In this document: positions 8,050-11,115 of the stretch, piece after piece | Layout of the letters: each line of letters opens with the position of its first letter | Position numbering within the stretch: position 1 is the first letter of the stretch | Origin: Cyanophyceae cyanobacterium | Lineage (GTDB): Bacteria; Cyanobacteriota; Cyanobacteriia; Cyanobacteriales; JBHJGN01 | Direction of reading: 5' to 3' | Assembly: GCA_050331735.1 (NCBI GenBank) | Contig: JBHJGN010000002.1 | Span: 1-11,115 of the forward strand | Length of the DNA: 11,115 nucleotides | Position numbers and translations under genes: made by a program | Notes under the pieces: model-generated | Seen by the model: the letters and a program-made list of their open reading frames with translations, nothing else | Database searches by the model: none | Told to the model about the DNA's origin: nothing

Positions 8050-8508
8050 CTCTTGTTAACCGCAAAATAAACCACAGCAGCTCTGGTAGCAGAGCTATCT
8101 AGATAGGTGACGAACAATCCCTAATTTTAGAGGCGCAATGAGCACAAAATTCCAGTGAATTCCTTCAGCGGTGCAGCCAATACTTTTTAAGGCAGTCATG
8201 CTCTGTAATTGATGCAAGATGGGAACGAGTTACTATTTAGAATTCCCAATAATTCCAAGAATCTTAAACTGAGATTTTATTAAAGTTTGAGAAAGCTTCA
8301 CTCAATCAAAATCATAGCAGTTTCACTCCTAAAATTATCGCTTTCTTAATAGTCCGTTTTATTTTGCTGACGGTAATTTTTAAAATTTTGCCAGCAACAA
8401 AGCTCGATCGACGACAGATGTACCGCTCCCCTAAAGGGGCGATGCTTCCTTCTCATTAGCGGCTAGCGGAATTGCTGAAGGGAGACAAGGGTGGTCGCGG
8501 CTCAACCG

Positions 8509-9354
8509 TCATACTTTGGTTCTGTCTGTCAGAATTTCAGATCCATCAGCGGTCACTAAAACAGTATGCTCGAATTGAGCCGAAAGAGAGCGATCCACAG
8601 TCACGACCGTCCAGCGATCGCGCAGCGTCCGAGTCACCTTCGACCCCGCGTTAACAATCGGCTCAATAGCCAAGGTCATCCCCGCCCGGAGCTTGATATT
8701 TTGCATTTGATTGGTGCGGAAATTGAACACCGCAGGCTCTTCGTGAAGATTGCGCCCCACACCATGACCTGTATAATCTTCGACGACAGCAAAGCCGCTG
8801 GCTTTGACGTGGTCTTCGATGGCTCCGGCAATATCCATTAAGAAGTTACCGGCTCTGACCTGCTCAATGCCTTTGTATAAGGCATCCTGAGCTACCTGAA
8901 TTAATTTTTTAGCCTCAGACGAAACCTGACCAACGGCAAGGGTAATGCAGGAGTCGCCGTGATACCCTCCTTGGTAGGCTCCGGTATCCACCTTGAGCAC
9001 GTCTCCGGCGCGAATCACTTTCTTTTTACTCGGAATCCCGTGAACGACCTCATCGTTAAGACAGGCACAAATCGAGCCGGGAAAGCCATAGTAGCCTTTG
9101 AAGCTAGGAGTGGCGCCCATCGCTTTAATCCGCTTTTCTGCATAGGCATCTAAATCGGCGGTGGTCATTCCTGGTTCCACCATCTCTGAAATTTCTTTGA
9201 GGACCGTAGCCACAATTCTGGCGGACTGGCGCATGATGTCCAATTCTCGCCCAGACTTAATCTCAATACCGCGACGACTCTGCGGACGAGGTAGACCTTG
9301 CTGACGTTGTGGCTTAGGCTTATCTAGGGAAAGTAGGTTAGTGAAAATGTTCAT
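8509..9354 (-). CDS. map: Type I methionine aminopeptidase
   Basis: Motifs [15 protein letters not shown]...HGDSCIT, YTGHGVG..LHEEP, AIEP and SAQFEHT. Confidence 0.97.
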   Translation of the reverse strand: MNIFTNLLSLDKPKPQRQQGLPRPQSRRGIEIKSGRELDIMRQSARIVATVLKEISEMVEPGMTTADLDAYAEKRIKAMGATPSFKGYYGFPGSICACLNDEVVHGIPSKKKVIRAGDVLKVDTGAYQGGYHGDSCITLAVGQVSSEAKKLIQVAQDALYKGIEQVRAGNFLMDIAGAIEDHVKASGFAVVEDYTGHGVGRNLHEEPAVFNFRTNQMQNIKLRAGMTLAIEPIVNAGSKVTRTLRDRWTVVTVDRSLSAQFEHTVLVTADGSEILTDRTKV

Positions 9355-9546
9355 CTGTTGCTGGTACTGTCGGTTAACAAACTACACAGGGCAGTTTGGG
9401 GGAAAGGGCAACGGGTTAGGGGAAAAGGGGGAAATTCAATCGCTCAACTGTGGTAGGAGTTGCGGCTCTCGCATCAGCCTAACTCTAATCTACTAGAGTT
9501 TAGCGGTAAAGACCTTTTAGCTAAATCCGTATTCCTGTTGCCGATT

Positions 9547-10419
9547 TCAAAGATACTTCTGTAATAATAATGACAATTTTTCCTTGGTGGCGGCGGGAGC
9601 CTCAGTTAAAGGAGTGAGAATGGCGTATTGCAGAGCGGAGTGAGCCTCAGATTCGGGGAGATTCTGACTCAGGCGCTTCACGGTCTCTTGAATAATTTTT
9701 TGAGCATTGACGGCGTTGCGCCGGAGATTATCAATGACCATCTCTACCGTCACCTGGTCGTGGTCGGGATGCCAGCAGTCGTAGTCTGTGACTAAAGCAA
9801 GCGTTGCGTAGGCTATTTCTGCTTCTCTGGCTAACTTGGCTTCCGGTAGATTGGTCATGCCGATGACGGTGGCTCCCCAGCTACGATAGAGGTGCGATTC
9901 TGCCTGGGTGGAAAAGGCGGGCCCCTCCATACAGACGTAGGTTCCCCCACGGTGAAGAGTCACGTCAGGAAGAGCAAGGGAGGCGATCGCCTCGGCCAAC
10001 ACGGCTGCTAAACTTTGGCAAACCGGATGACCAAAGGCAATATGAGCAATAATACCGTCGCCAAAAAAGGTAGAAACTCGTCCTTTGGTGCGGTCGATAA
10101 ACTGGTCGGGAAGAACCAAGTCGAGAGGTTTTACCGCTTCTTTAAGAGAGCCAACCGCCGAAGCCGAAATGATGTATTCCACCCCGAGCTTTTTGAGAGC
10201 ATAAATGTTGGCGCGAAACGGTAGTTCAGAGGGCATGAGATGATGATTGCGCCCGTGGCGAGGCAGAAAAGCAACGGGCATTCCCTCTAGGGTTCCGACA
10301 ATTAAAGCATCAGACGGCTCACCAAAAGGAGTGTTTACCTTGACTTCCTCTCTATCTTTCAGCGCCTCCATTTGGTAAAGTCCACTACCGCCAATAACGC
10401 CGATTTTTGCTTCTGCCAT
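9547..10419 (-). CDS. mtnP: S-methyl-5'-thioadenosine phosphorylase
   Basis: Motifs [47 protein letters not shown] and VTDYDCW. ATG at 10419 is preferred over TTG at 10434. Confidence 0.96.
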   Translation of the reverse strand: MAEAKIGVIGGSGLYQMEALKDREEVKVNTPFGEPSDALIVGTLEGMPVAFLPRHGRNHHLMPSELPFRANIYALKKLGVEYIISASAVGSLKEAVKPLDLVLPDQFIDRTKGRVSTFFGDGIIAHIAFGHPVCQSLAAVLAEAIASLALPDVTLHRGGTYVCMEGPAFSTQAESHLYRSWGATVIGMTNLPEAKLAREAEIAYATLALVTDYDCWHPDHDQVTVEMVIDNLRRNAVNAQKIIQETVKRLSQNLPESEAHSALQYAILTPLTEAPAATKEKLSLLLQKYL

Positions 10420-10645
10420 TGGTTCTAAGTTCAATATTTAGTCTCAGTTATTGTAGCGAGAAATTCATCAAAGCTCTTATTGAGGGCTTCTACCCATCAA
10501 TCAGCCATAGCATCTTTTCTGAGAGTATTGATAACTTTCGTATAAGTGCTGATCTGGCTCTTATATTTTTGTTCTAGCCTAAGCAACTGTGAATCGGCGT
10601 TGTTTAGAGAGACATCGTTGGAGATTAAATAACGTCATTGAATTT

Positions 10646-10902
10646 GTCCAGGGGAAGGCCGAACTCTTCCCTCCACCCGAGCCTCAATTCGACGGCAAGA
10701 TTGGCATCACCTATAAAGAATCTCAGCCCGATACTGGGTTACTGATACTATTTCTTAATAGTGATGCTACGCAAACAAAAGAGAGCTAAAACCTTTCCCC
10801 TTCTCCCCCTATACCGCATTTGTCGCTTTACTTTCCAGAGATGGTATGAAATCGACTGAAGCCAAAGCAGATGCTCCTAACATTTTGTTGTTACTGATTG
10901 AT
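10646..10902 (+). pseudogene. Arylsulfatase 5' remnant, interrupted by a MITE-like insertion and truncated
   Basis: Removing 10746..10849 joins ...ELFPPPEPQFDGKIGITYKESQPDTGLL to KSTEAKADAPNILLLLID in frame. This resembles arylsulfatase N-termini (P.P.F.GKIG.TY..S.PD ... APN(I/V)LLIL.DD). Similarity stops after the first Asp. The left boundary is approximate. Confidence 0.75.
10746..10846. mobile_element. 101-bp MITE-like element with imperfect terminal inverted repeats and a TGA target duplication
   Basis: Ends are TACTATTTCT...AGAGATGGTA (8/10 inverted match, 17/25 when extended). It is flanked by TGA at 10743..10745 and 10847..10849. Excision restores the host reading frame. Confidence 0.75.
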
Positions 10903-10993
10903 TCCGCAAAGTACTGCTCCTATTGAACAAATTTTGTAAGAAAGCGGGTATAGCACGACCCTATCCCACTAATACAGTTTTACCTATCCACAT

Positions 10994-11115
10994 ATGAATG
11001 AGAGCCAGAGTCAAGAAACCATCGAAGACAAGAGGCAGACGCTCAAGAGCGGACAACTAAGCGTCGATATTTTCTCTGATACCAAGCAAAGCAGCGTTCT
11101 TGCTGAAATCTGGGA
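10994..11115 (+). CDS. 5' part of a hypothetical protein (runs off the right edge)
   Basis: ATG at 10994 is open to the window end: MNESQSQETIEDKRQTLKSGQLSVDIFSDTKQSSVLAEIW... Confidence 0.5.
   Translation, partial: MNESQSQETIEDKRQTLKSGQLSVDIFSDTKQSSVLAEIW

Noticed and set aside
10589..10789. 66-aa ORF as a functional gene
   Set aside because: It is a sulfatase remnant reading into the MITE, which supplies the stop codon.
10994..11115. Assignment of the edge ORF to DUF5989-like small membrane proteins (from LAEIW)
   Set aside because: Only a few residues are visible before the window ends.

Overview
Cyanobacterial chromosomal segment, with seven HIP1 GCGATCGC octamers and typical cyanobacterial gene content. 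The left edge is a decayed genomic-island border: tRNA-Pro(CGG), then the N-terminal half of a tyrosine integrase joined out of frame to an internal IS256 transposase fragment. The core holds lipA, a hypothetical membrane protein, a Na+/solute symporter, a divergent PII (GlnB-like) protein, a small basic ORF, a DUF3493-like protein, tRNA-Thr(CGT), a DUF1400 alpha/beta hydrolase, map and mtnP. The right edge holds an arylsulfatase 5' remnant split by a 101-bp MITE-like insertion, then the start of another ORF. The main finding is the small basic ORF at 5329..5565 (-). It has a KGKGGS motif and a perfect intrinsic terminator inside its coding region, so it would give a nonstop mRNA, the design used by the ArfA/BrfA backup ribosome-rescue factors. 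Other points of interest are a PII lacking Ser49/Arg38/Glu44 with an NtcA-like box in repressor position, and an unannotated 34-aa small protein gene. All family assignments come from motif recognition, not database searches.
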